The position numbers and the translations under genes were made by a program. The notes under the pieces were generated by a model. The model did no database searches and was not told where the DNA came from. It saw only the letters and a program-made list of their open reading frames with translations. DNA of 63,049 nucleotides from Chloroflexia bacterium (GTDB lineage Bacteria > Chloroflexota > Chloroflexia > Thermomicrobiales > UBA6265): NCBI GenBank assembly GCA_013697005.1, contig JACCXM010000103.1, forward strand, positions 1-63,049. Reading direction: 5' to 3'. Below are positions 7,702 to 16,291 of the stretch, one piece after another; the stretch's first letter is position 1, and every line of letters begins with the position of its first letter.

Positions 7702-10683
7702 TCAGGGCGCAGGTAGGGGTTTGGCGCGCCTGGCACGAGGAGGAGCGATCTTGGCAGCCGCAAGCTCGCCAATGTCGATTTCGGGCAGCTCGATTGGTGC
7801 GAATCCGAGGGCGAGGGAGTGCGCGACGATGTCTCGGCGCACGAGCGAATCAGCATGTTGCAATCGCTGCCGCAATGGATGCTCTGGTTTGACGTGAGTC
7901 AGCATTTCCCAGACTTGGCGCATCAAATCGATCGTCTTGTTGATGGTCATGACCAGATCACCTTCCGAGAGCTCGATCTTATCGCCGATTTCGGCCATCG
8001 AGGCGCCACGGGACCACGCCCGCACCGCGCCGTAAAAATTGGGGTTGTGTCCTTCGGAGATGACCAGCGCTTCGCTCCGCTCTTCACTGAGAACAGCGTG
8101 CTCGACATCCTCGATACGCCGGCGGGCGAGGACCAGCCGATCTGGCAGGATGAATCGATTTCCGTAGCGAAATTCGCGATCGAACGAGAACCAGGAGAAG
8201 ACTTCAGCCACATCTTCAGGCGGCAAAGCGTTGAGAACACCGCGGTCGACGAGCTCGCAAAGGATCAAGCCATCGTTGTCGAAGACCTCGGCCAGCATAT
8301 CCGCTTTCTCGGTTGGATAGCCGCGGTGGAGATAGCCGAATCGATGAAGCACGTTGCGGATCCCGCGAATCACATTACGCAATCGCTCCTCTTCGAGATC
8401 GATTTCCCGGCCCAGATTTTCCTCGAGACCACGCCGTTCCTTGTCGAGGCGGTCGATGTGAACCAGATAATCACGATGCTCGTTCCGTCGCGTGCAATCC
8501 TGGCAGGGGTGCGCCTGGCGCTCGAGCCAAAGCGTTTGCGCCAGCTCGGTCGCCGCGGCGAGATCGGTGTCCACAGCGCTGACGCGAACCGCTGCGCGTT
8601 CCTCTTCGATCGCGCGATGGGCGGCGGCCATGGTGTCGAGATCGGGTAAGTCCAGGGCGTCAACGGCCTTCCACAGCGCGGTCAATCGCCGTTTGCCTCC
8701 CAGCCGGACAGTATCGGTCTCATCATCCGCGGGGTTCAGGAAGTGTGCTGGAACGTCGATCCGCTTGTCTGTCAGATGGTCGATCTGGCGATATTCGGTG
8801 AGCAGGCGAATTGTTCCGTCGCGGAAGAGAAATTGGCCAACCCCGCCGCGGGAGCCCTTTCCGACCATGATCGACCAGCCGCCATCGCGCGCGTGCGCCA
8901 GCGTGCCCGGTGTCGCCGCGCGAAGCGCGCGGCGCAAGGATTGACGACTTGGTTCTAACCATGGAGTCGTACTCGTCAGGTCGCGCAAGACCGCGGTTCG
9001 CTCCGCCTCGAGGCGCCGCTGTTTGTTCTGTGCGGCCGCGAGAGACCGATTCGCGCGGCGGTAATCTTCGAGCAGCTCATCCCCCGCCTCGAGCCCAATC
9101 AGGCAACCTTGAGGGATATTTTCGATCTCCTCTCCCATGGCGATGATCTGGTCTTCGATCTCCCAAATCCGCTGGTTACTCTGAAATTGAGCCAGGCTCT
9201 GCTGCAGCAAGATTCGCACTCGCTCTCCGCGCGGTGGATCCCAGAGATTGAGTACCGTGTTGTACCGAATAGCGAAGGCAGAGCGAACAGGATGGAGCTC
9301 GCCCGTCGCGATTTCGAGCGTTTCGCGAAACGTAAACCATGGGGAGTAGGGAACTACGACGTGCCCGAGCGGGTCCATACCGCGGCGGCCGGCGCGCCCT
9401 GCCATCTGTTGAAACTCGTTGGGAATGAGCATCCGCCGCCGGCGGCCATCCCATTTGCTCATGCGGCCGACGACGACGGTGCGCGCTGGCATGTTGATAC
9501 CCAGGGCGAGCGTGTCCGTAGCGAAAACGACTTCCATCAAACCGCGCCCGAACAACACCTCGACCAACTGCTTGAGGATTGGTAAGAGCCCGGCATGATG
9601 AAATCCAATGCCATTCCGCGCCAGACCAGAAATGGTCTGAACTTGTTCGAGCTCCCGATCCTCTGGACGCAATCCGGCGAGTACCGCGTCGATTGTTTGC
9701 GAGATAAGATCGACCTGGCGCGCCGTCACGAGGTTGGGACGCATGACGGCGAGGCGTTCGGCGAATGCCTGGCAGTCATTGCGGCTGAAGAGAAAATAGA
9801 TCGCCGGCAGCATGTCGCGTGCGGAGAGGGCGTCCACGATTTCGCGCGGTTGCGGCTCGTCCATCTCAGGAGTGCTTCGTTCCGCGCGGCGCTTGGCGAA
9901 GCCGCCGCGGGCCGCCTGGCGTCGTAGCTCGCCGCCGGTGTGAGGAAAATCGCGAACCTGGGCGCCGGTGTGATCCATGACCAAGTCGAGTTTGCCGTCA
10001 ATGAAATAATGGAGCGCGAGGGGTACTGCACGCTCCGTGTGCGTTATGAGCTGTATCGGCCGGTGGGTACGGCTGATCCAGGCGGCGATTTCATCGGCAT
10101 TATTGATCGTCGCGGAGAGGCAAATGAGTTTGACATGGTCGGGGCAGAGGATGATCGACTCTTCCCAGGTGGTGCCGCGTTCTGGGTCGGCAAGATAGTG
10201 AATCTCGTCGAAGATCACGGTGTCGACGTCGTCGAGGTCCCAAGGCGTTTGCAAAAGCATATTACGGAGGACCTCAGTGGTCATGACCACCGCGCGGGCA
10301 TCGCGATTTTCCGAGACATCCCCCGTGAGGAGACCAACCTCATTGCCATAAACGGCGCGCAGATCGCGGTATTTCTGGTTTGACAGTGCCTTGATCGGAG
10401 TCGTGTAAATGACCCGCCCGGTGCCTTTGAACGCGTCCCAGACGCCAAAGTCGGCGACGACGGTCTTGCCCGTTCCCGTCGGGGCAGCGACCATGACGGA
10501 GTCCTCCGCCAAAAGCGTGCGAATGGCCTGTCGTTGAAAGTCGTCGAGGGGAAATGCATAGTGGGCCTCGAACTGCGCGATATCGGCGCCGAACGACTCC
10601 GGGATGGCAGTCGCCGCTGGTCCGGCGTTGGCCTCGGAGCGCGCTATCGTTCTGGCCGTAGCGATGCTGGATGATAGTGTCAG
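7702..10683 (-). CDS. Ski2/HelY-like DEAD/DEAH-box (DExH) helicase; 5' end uncertain
   Basis: AAPTGTGKT (motif I), DEIH (motif II), SAT, and HHAGLLP and QMAGRAGRRG motifs. The Q-motif region FPLDDFQRQAI is encoded in frame upstream of the ORF-track TTG start (10512). The frame is open to 10704 with no ATG/GTG/TTG; CTG at 10683 is the most upstream near-cognate codon. Confidence 0.85.
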   Translation of the reverse strand: MTLSSSIATARTIARSEANAGPAATAIPESFGADIAQFEAHYAFPLDDFQRQAIRTLLAEDSVMVAAPTGTGKTVVADFGVWDAFKGTGRVIYTTPIKALSNQKYRDLRAVYGNEVGLLTGDVSENRDARAVVMTTEVLRNMLLQTPWDLDDVDTVIFDEIHYLADPERGTTWEESIILCPDHVKLICLSATINNADEIAAWISRTHRPIQLITHTERAVPLALHYFIDGKLDLVMDHTGAQVRDFPHTGGELRRQAARGGFAKRRAERSTPEMDEPQPREIVDALSARDMLPAIYFLFSRNDCQAFAERLAVMRPNLVTARQVDLISQTIDAVLAGLRPEDRELEQVQTISGLARNGIGFHHAGLLPILKQLVEVLFGRGLMEVVFATDTLALGINMPARTVVVGRMSKWDGRRRRMLIPNEFQQMAGRAGRRGMDPLGHVVVPYSPWFTFRETLEIATGELHPVRSAFAIRYNTVLNLWDPPRGERVRILLQQSLAQFQSNQRIWEIEDQIIAMGEEIENIPQGCLIGLEAGDELLEDYRRANRSLAAAQNKQRRLEAERTAVLRDLTSTTPWLEPSRQSLRRALRAATPGTLAHARDGGWSIMVGKGSRGGVGQFLFRDGTIRLLTEYRQIDHLTDKRIDVPAHFLNPADDETDTVRLGGKRRLTALWKAVDALDLPDLDTMAAAHRAIEEERAAVRVSAVDTDLAAATELAQTLWLERQAHPCQDCTRRNEHRDYLVHIDRLDKERRGLEENLGREIDLEEERLRNVIRGIRNVLHRFGYLHRGYPTEKADMLAEVFDNDGLILCELVDRGVLNALPPEDVAEVFSWFSFDREFRYGNRFILPDRLVLARRRIEDVEHAVLSEERSEALVISEGHNPNFYGAVRAWSRGASMAEIGDKIELSEGDLVMTINKTIDLMRQVWEMLTHVKPEHPLRQRLQHADSLVRRDIVAHSLALGFAPIELPEIDIGELAAAKIAPPRARRAKPLPAP

Positions 10684-10747
10684 GACGAATCTCCTCGACG
10701 TGCGCTACCTGCGATGCCCAGCGTTTCGCGGTGGGCCGCCGATAATG

Positions 10748-11242
10748 CTACCAACCGGAGGTTCCCGGCTCACCCTTGTAGGGACCGACAATCTCGGGAG
10801 TGACCCAGCCGCCATAGAACCCGCCGGGTTGAGGTTGGACATCGACACCGTCGATGCGGCAGACATCCATCTGAGCCGGGTAAAACGCAACGTGACCGGC
10901 GATCGAGGCAAATGGCTCGGTGGGGTCGGGATACGACCACGCGGCCTTCACGGCAGATTGCCCGTCAGTCACGACATCGAAGTATCTCGCCGTCCCTTTC
11001 CACTCGCAGAAGGAGGTCCCGTCAGCATGGCGCAATACGCCCTGGCCAATGTCCGAGGCTGGAATGTAGTACACCGGTGGATGGCTCGTTTCGAGCACGC
11101 GCCAAGTCTGCCGGGAGTCGGCGATTTTTTCGCCGCCAAACCAGATTTCAATGCGCCGGTCCGACCGCTCCAGCAGGGGTGGTCGAGGATAATCCCAGAC
11201 CGACTCCTGGCCGGGTGCCGGCGGAATGCGTTTGTTGGACAT
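10748..11242 (-). CDS. DUF427 domain-containing protein
   Basis: MSNKRIPPAPGQESVWDYPRPP...VLETSHPPVYYIP...CEWKGTARYFDV...AFYP, typical DUF427 strings. ATG at 11242 with a GGTGGAG RBS is preferred over the track start at 11332. Confidence 0.75.
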   Translation of the reverse strand: MSNKRIPPAPGQESVWDYPRPPLLERSDRRIEIWFGGEKIADSRQTWRVLETSHPPVYYIPASDIGQGVLRHADGTSFCEWKGTARYFDVVTDGQSAVKAAWSYPDPTEPFASIAGHVAFYPAQMDVCRIDGVDVQPQPGGFYGGWVTPEIVGPYKGEPGTSGW

Positions 11243-11316
11243 GGGCAGCTCCACCGCGCGCGCCAAAACCGTGTGAACCCCGGTCACACGTACCGCCACC
11301 ACGAGTATGCGTCCGA

Positions 11317-12402
11317 ATGGAACGCCGGGCACTTCGAGCGCTTCCGGCGGGAGACGAATCTGTCGTGATTGGCGGCCAGCGAGTTAAGGATATTGGTGAG
11401 TTCGGGTTGATCGAGCTCATCAGCGCGGCGCTTCCTCCGCAGATACGGGCAACCTCCAGCCTCCTTCTCGGACTTGGCGACGATGGCGCGGTGTGGCGGC
11501 CAACATCCGGGGAAGACGTGGTTGTCACCACCGACAGCCTCGTCGAAAACATTCACTTCCGGCGGGATTGGACCGACTGGGAAAGTCTCGGTCACAAGAT
11601 TCTTGCCGTAAATGTTTCCGACCTCGCCGCCATGGGCAGTCTGCCAAAAATAGCCGTCATCACTCTTGGGCTGAGTGGCGATGAACTCGTGAGCGACTTG
11701 CAGGCACTCTATCGAGGCATCGGCGATCTGGCACACCGAAACGCCATGACGATCGCCGGAGGCGACATCGTCCGCTCGCCCCATTCCCTCCTTTTTCACG
11801 TCACGGCACTGGGCGAAACCCGCCAGCGGCGATTCCTTGTTCGCTCGGGAGCAAAATCGGGCGATGTCATCGCGGTGACCGGTACCCTCGGGGCGTCCGC
11901 GGCCGGGCTTCGCCTGCTGGCGATGCAGCCAGACGACCCTCGCCGCGGCGCGACTACCACCCAGGCACTGATTGACGCTCATCTCCGACCCGAACCTCGT
12001 GTCGCGCTTGGTGCGATTTTGCTCGAGCACGGTGCGACGTCGGCGATGGATCTGAGTGACGGACTTGCGGGGGATTTACTCAAGATACTCGAGGCAAGCC
12101 GGGTTTCGGCCGAGCTCGACGCACGACGGGTGCCAGTTGCTGCCGCCGTCAGAGCACTTTTCCCAGACGAATGGTTCGATCTTGCCCTGCGTGGCGGGGA
12201 GGATTATGAACTGCTTTTCACCGCGCCATCGGTTGCGTGGGAACCGATCGCTCGCTCCATTGAGGACGTGGGCGGAACCGCGGAACGGATCGGACGCATC
12301 ACAAAGCGGATGGATGATGCATCGCGTATTGAGATCATCGATATGCGCGGAGTTCGGCGGGTCTGTGAATTCGGAGCGTTCGATCATTATCGAGATAGAT
12401 GA
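11317..12402 (+). CDS. thiL: Thiamine-monophosphate kinase ThiL
   Basis: GEFGLIELI, GLGDDGAVW, VVTTDSLVENIHF, ILAVNVSDLAAMG, GGEDYELLFT. The 5' part of track ORF 10912..12402 is antisense to DUF427 and Arg-rich junk; ATG 11317 (or GTG 11365) is the likely start. Confidence 0.9.
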   Translation: MERRALRALPAGDESVVIGGQRVKDIGEFGLIELISAALPPQIRATSSLLLGLGDDGAVWRPTSGEDVVVTTDSLVENIHFRRDWTDWESLGHKILAVNVSDLAAMGSLPKIAVITLGLSGDELVSDLQALYRGIGDLAHRNAMTIAGGDIVRSPHSLLFHVTALGETRQRRFLVRSGAKSGDVIAVTGTLGASAAGLRLLAMQPDDPRRGATTTQALIDAHLRPEPRVALGAILLEHGATSAMDLSDGLAGDLLKILEASRVSAELDARRVPVAAAVRALFPDEWFDLALRGGEDYELLFTAPSVAWEPIARSIEDVGGTAERIGRITKRMDDASRIEIIDMRGVRRVCEFGAFDHYRDR

Positions 12403-12419
12403 TAGTAGGGCGAATCGTT

Positions 12420-13757
12420 TCAGGGGCGAGTAGAAACCACCATCGATTCCGAAAGGTCCATGGCGTAGGAAAGCGCGTGAAAGAGATCGGTATTGTCGAT
12501 CGATCCTCGCAAGAGCTCGGCTCCGGGTCCTGAGGCGGTGACGGGAACTGGGGCGGCCGTATGCCCCGTCGTTGCCCATCCAAGTACAAAGCCAAAGTCG
12601 AAGCCGGCGACCGGAAATGGCCCATCTTCTCCGGCGAGCAAGCTGTCGAGAAGTCCTCCGCCAGGCTCGTATGGGTAAGGCTGATCGCCCGAGCCGCCGA
12701 CCGCCAGACCGCCGCATTCATGATCGGCGGTGACGACAATCAACGTGTCCGGGACGCGGTTGGCGAAAGCAAGCGCGACTTGGACCGCGCGGTCGAGCTC
12801 CAGAACTCCCTTCAAGGTGAGCGGCGCGTTATTGCGGTGGGCCATGCGGTCGATGGCCGATTCTTCAACCATCAGGAAGAATCCTTGTGGATTCTGTTCG
12901 AGGATTTCGATGGCCGCGGACGTGAGATCGGCGAGCGGAATCGGCGGATCGTATGCCGCGCCGAGGTCCTCGGCAGTCTGGACGAAAAACTCCTGACCGG
13001 AAAAGAGACCGAGAAGTGGTCCTCCCGGCGCGCTTCGGCGACGCTCCAGGCTGGTCCGCAGCTCGTCGTCGCTGGCCACAAATTCATAGCCCGCATTGCG
13101 CGCGTGGGCAACGAGGTTTCCTTCAGTGCCGACGCCGCGCCATGGGACATCGCCCGTGAGAATTGAAGGCAGCGCTTTCCCCGACGGGAACCAATGCACC
13201 GCGCCACCGCCCAGAATGACGTCGACTTCCGCCCGCTCGAGGTATTGGCGAGCGACTTCGCTTTGATCGGCGCGATGTGGCACGTGCGCGGCAAATGCGG
13301 CTGGTGTGGCGTCAGTGATTTGACAGGTGCTGATCAATCCTACCGAGCGCCCGGACTCCTTGGCCAACTCCAGAATTGTTTTTCGCTCATGGCCATGAAT
13401 GTCGATCGAGACCGAACCATTGCGCGTCTTGACGCCGGTCGCAATGGCGGTTGCCGCGGCGGCGGAGTCGGTGACGAATGAACGTCCGTCGGCTGACATG
13501 GTGTCCATCTGGCCGAGCACCGCGAGCCGGTCCATCGCCAACCGGCCATCGCGGCCGGCGGCCAGCAACTGGCCGGCAAAGCGATGCGCTTGCCCCATGC
13601 CGTCGCCAATCAGGAGAATCACGTTGCGCGCAATCCGCCGTTCGCGACTATCAGGTTCGATCGAGGTTTCCACGTGATCCTCTGCTTGGTGTCGTCCGGG
13701 ATTTACACACATTCGCCCCGCCGCCGCCACGGCGCGACCGGAACCAGGTCCCAGCAT
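12420..13757 (-). CDS. Alkaline phosphatase (PhoA family)
   Basis: LLIGDGMGQ, active-site Ser motif TDSAAAATAIATGVKT, VVTADHECGG. No recognisable signal peptide in the N-terminal 50 aa. Confidence 0.9.
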   Translation of the reverse strand: MLGPGSGRAVAAAGRMCVNPGRHQAEDHVETSIEPDSRERRIARNVILLIGDGMGQAHRFAGQLLAAGRDGRLAMDRLAVLGQMDTMSADGRSFVTDSAAAATAIATGVKTRNGSVSIDIHGHERKTILELAKESGRSVGLISTCQITDATPAAFAAHVPHRADQSEVARQYLERAEVDVILGGGAVHWFPSGKALPSILTGDVPWRGVGTEGNLVAHARNAGYEFVASDDELRTSLERRRSAPGGPLLGLFSGQEFFVQTAEDLGAAYDPPIPLADLTSAAIEILEQNPQGFFLMVEESAIDRMAHRNNAPLTLKGVLELDRAVQVALAFANRVPDTLIVVTADHECGGLAVGGSGDQPYPYEPGGGLLDSLLAGEDGPFPVAGFDFGFVLGWATTGHTAAPVPVTASGPGAELLRGSIDNTDLFHALSYAMDLSESMVVSTRP

Positions 13758-13768
13758 ATTTCGGGATC

Positions 13769-13797
13769 AGTATCGGTGGAACGAAATGTCCTGTCGA
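13769..13797 (-). promoter_or_regulatory. Candidate sigma-70-type promoter for the phosphatase gene (-35 TCGACA, 17 nt spacer, -10 GATACT)
   Basis: Read on the minus strand. The -10 ends 11 nt before ATG 13757, implying a very short or absent leader. Confidence 0.3.
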
Positions 13798-13908
13798 GGG
13801 CCACCAGAGCCCAGATTGCCAAGGCAGATCGTCGGCTGTCGAAGCGTTAAATCTTCGTGGGTTGGGCAAAGGGCTTGATCGTCGTGCGACAAGCAGCGTA
13901 CCGTTCTC

Positions 13909-13933
13909 ATATCCGACTCGGTGAGTCGGATAT
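13909..13933. repeat. Perfect 11-3-11 inverted repeat ATATCCGACTC-GGT-GAGTCGGATAT (candidate operator or RNA hairpin)
   Basis: Seen directly in the divergent intergenic region between the phosphatase and the solute-binding protein gene, 74 nt upstream of GTG 14007. Confidence 0.6.
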
Positions 13934-14006
13934 CATCGAGGAACACAGGTGCGGGTGAGGCATGGGCCCGGCCGCTTGACCGCAAAGTCTGGAGGGGGAA
14001 CGATCC

Positions 14007-15107
14007 GTGAACGAACGACGACTGGGGAGGCGATCGCTGGTAGCGGGGTCGGCAGCACTGGTTGCCACGGGTCTGGCGGGTTCGATTACCGTGGCTCAGA
14101 GTTCGACGCCAGTCGCGGATCCTGAACCGGATCCAGAGCCGGATCCCACGGCGAATGCACAATCGGAATTCGGAACAGGCGATTTCACGCTGTATTCCGG
14201 GCGGAGCGAGGCGCTCGTCGGTCCTCTCATCGAGATGTATGGTCGGGAGACTGGCTCCACCATCGACGTTCGTTACGGCGGGACCGGGGAGTTGGCGGCG
14301 ACGATTCAGGAAGAAGGCGAGAATTCGCCGGCGACCGCGTTCTTCGCTCAGGATGCCGGGGCTTTGGGACTTCTCGCTGAGGAAGGAAGATTCCAGCATC
14401 TCTCAGAAGAGATCCTCTCTCTGGTCGACCCGCGGTACCGCGACCCGAATGGGTTCTGGGTCGGCGTCACGGGCCGGGCCCGGGTTTTGGCGTACAACAT
14501 CGATGCGGTGATGGCCGCTGATCTTCCGGAATCCGTCCGCGATCTCACCGATCCGGTATGGACTGGGCGGATCGGATGGGCGCCGGAGAACGCATCCTTT
14601 CAATCATTCATTACCGCGTTTCGTTTGCTCGATGGTGATGAGATCGTGCGCTCCTGGCTGGAAACCATGATCGCCAACGGAACCGTCAATTTCGGCGACA
14701 GCAATACCGCAATCGTGGAGGCGATTGGCAGCGCAGAAATCGATGCCGGACTCGTCAATCACTACTACGTTTACGTCGTAGGGCGCGAAGCTGGTCCGGG
14801 GTTCCCGGTGGCAAATCATTTTTTTGCCTCTGGTGACCCCGGATCGTTGGTCAACGTTGCCGGAATCGGATTGCTCGATGGCGCAGAGCAATCGACTGCG
14901 GCGCTCGCATTTGTCGAGTACATGCTTTCTCCCGCGGGACAGGAGTATTTTACAACCGAGACATTTGAATATCCGTTGGCGCTGGGACTGGACGCTCCGC
15001 AGGGTCTTGTACCGCTGAGTGAAATCGATCAACCGGACTTCGATCTCGGCGACCTCGCCGATTTGCGAGGGACGCTTGATCTCCTGATCGACGTCGGCCT
15101 CCTTTGA
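14007..15107 (+). CDS. ABC transporter substrate-binding protein, Fe(3+)/FbpA-AfuA-like family, with Tat-type signal
   Basis: RRLGRRSLVAGSAALVATGLAG twin-arginine leader and PEPDPEPDP linker. The body FTLYSGRSEALVGPLIEMY...VGVTGRARVLAYN...LVNHYY resembles iron(III) SBPs. RBS GGAGGGGG lies before the GTG. Confidence 0.75.
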   Translation: MNERRLGRRSLVAGSAALVATGLAGSITVAQSSTPVADPEPDPEPDPTANAQSEFGTGDFTLYSGRSEALVGPLIEMYGRETGSTIDVRYGGTGELAATIQEEGENSPATAFFAQDAGALGLLAEEGRFQHLSEEILSLVDPRYRDPNGFWVGVTGRARVLAYNIDAVMAADLPESVRDLTDPVWTGRIGWAPENASFQSFITAFRLLDGDEIVRSWLETMIANGTVNFGDSNTAIVEAIGSAEIDAGLVNHYYVYVVGREAGPGFPVANHFFASGDPGSLVNVAGIGLLDGAEQSTAALAFVEYMLSPAGQEYFTTETFEYPLALGLDAPQGLVPLSEIDQPDFDLGDLADLRGTLDLLIDVGLL

Positions 15108-15158
15108 CCCTGTCTCGGAAATGGTGCCAACGCGATCACCATACGTTCAGCCGACGGC

Positions 15159-15998
15159 ATGTCCGGTGTTACCATGCCGGCCATGATCAAGCGCTGGCTA
15201 CGGCGCCGCCTGCAACTGGATGCGTCGGCACGGGAGTTGCGTCTGGGCGATACGAATCGACAGCGCGGCGCCCTGGTGAAGAAGGGACGGCTCGTCGCAC
15301 TACGCGCCCATGTCCCCGCCAATCGAGACGCGTTTCAGCGCTGGTATGCGGATCGCGAGATCGCGTCGCTTCTGCGCCACGATCTCGAACCTCTGACGAT
15401 GCCTCAATCGAGAGGCTACTTTGATACGTTCATTTTGCCGTTGTCCGCGCGCGGCACTTGCTTCGCTATCCACGAGCGCAAGACGAAGCGACTCATAGGG
15501 ACAACCGCACTGACCGACCGCGCCCCTGGGAAGGATGGGGTCTCGGCGCTCTTTCGCATCGTGATCGGCGAAAAGGATGTCTGGGGCAATGGTTATGGAA
15601 CCGAAGCCACGCGGCTGGTGGTCGAAACGGCGTTCGATGCCTTGGCTTTGGACGAAGTCCGGCTCGAGGTCTTTCAGCACAACAACCGAGCCTTACGTGC
15701 ATACATGCGGGTCGGATTCGAGGTTACTGGCGAACACGTCGAGTGGGTCTCCCGAAAAAAAACCGAGCTCCGGGTGATCGAGATGCGGCTGTCGCGGCAC
15801 CGGTATCACGCCTTGAACAGCGGACAACCCGACGGAGTAAGAAAGTCCTTGGCAAACGGGCGCGAAAAGCGACAGGTCCGACGCGCTGAACGCGAGGCAG
15901 CTCTGGTGCGGCGTCGCACCGATCGCGCTGACCGGATGCCGACGAAACCGGACGATTCACTTGGCACACTTCAAACTCCGGAGCCCGGCGTGGATTGA
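15159..15998 (+). CDS. GNAT family N-acetyltransferase (RimJ/RimL-like) with basic C-terminal tail
   Basis: IVIGEKDVWGNGYGTEATRLVVETAFDALALDEVRLEVFQHNNRALRAYMRVGFEVTGEH. Confidence 0.8.
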   Translation: MSGVTMPAMIKRWLRRRLQLDASARELRLGDTNRQRGALVKKGRLVALRAHVPANRDAFQRWYADREIASLLRHDLEPLTMPQSRGYFDTFILPLSARGTCFAIHERKTKRLIGTTALTDRAPGKDGVSALFRIVIGEKDVWGNGYGTEATRLVVETAFDALALDEVRLEVFQHNNRALRAYMRVGFEVTGEHVEWVSRKKTELRVIEMRLSRHRYHALNSGQPDGVRKSLANGREKRQVRRAEREAALVRRRTDRADRMPTKPDDSLGTLQTPEPGVD

Positions 15999-16133
15999 CA
16001 GAGCCTACCTGCCCCCGTACCATCGCAATGGCAAACACAAGGTCGCGGGGAATCTGCGGGCGGCGATCTGGGAATCGTAGTCCGCTGGAGCGGCCGAGGG
16101 ACTGAGAGGGAAATAGGGGAGGGGTCGGTACGC

Positions 16134-16259
16134 GTGACCGAGAACGAGCGGCGCGCCGCAGATTCGCTGCGCGCATCGGACGTGTTTTTGCGATGTGTTG
16201 GGGTCGTCGGGTTGATCGCAGCAGCGCTCGTGTTGCTTCTCGTGCTCTACCCAACATAG
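16134..16259 (+). CDS. Possible 41-aa single-TM small protein (below the ORF-track cutoff)
   Basis: GTG preceded by GGGAGGGG. Translation is VTENERRAADSLRASDVFLRCVGVVGLIAAALVLLLVLYPT then TAG. Found by manual reading of the 16.0-16.3 kb gap. Confidence 0.3.
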   Translation: MTENERRAADSLRASDVFLRCVGVVGLIAAALVLLLVLYPT

Positions 16260-16291
16260 GTCGCGTTCGCGCCGAGGATTTGCGGCGCACG

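Noticed and set aside
10604-11368. 254-aa plus-strand ORF, together with the first 135 codons of ORF 10912..12402.
   Set aside because: Both are antisense to, or overlap, the DUF427 gene, and they are Arg/Pro-rich. ThiL homology begins only near 11317-11365.
14113-14150. Short tandem DNA repeat encoding PEPDPEPDP.
   Set aside because: This is simply a coding linker repeat after the Tat signal peptide of the binding protein. It is not a regulatory or mobile repeat.
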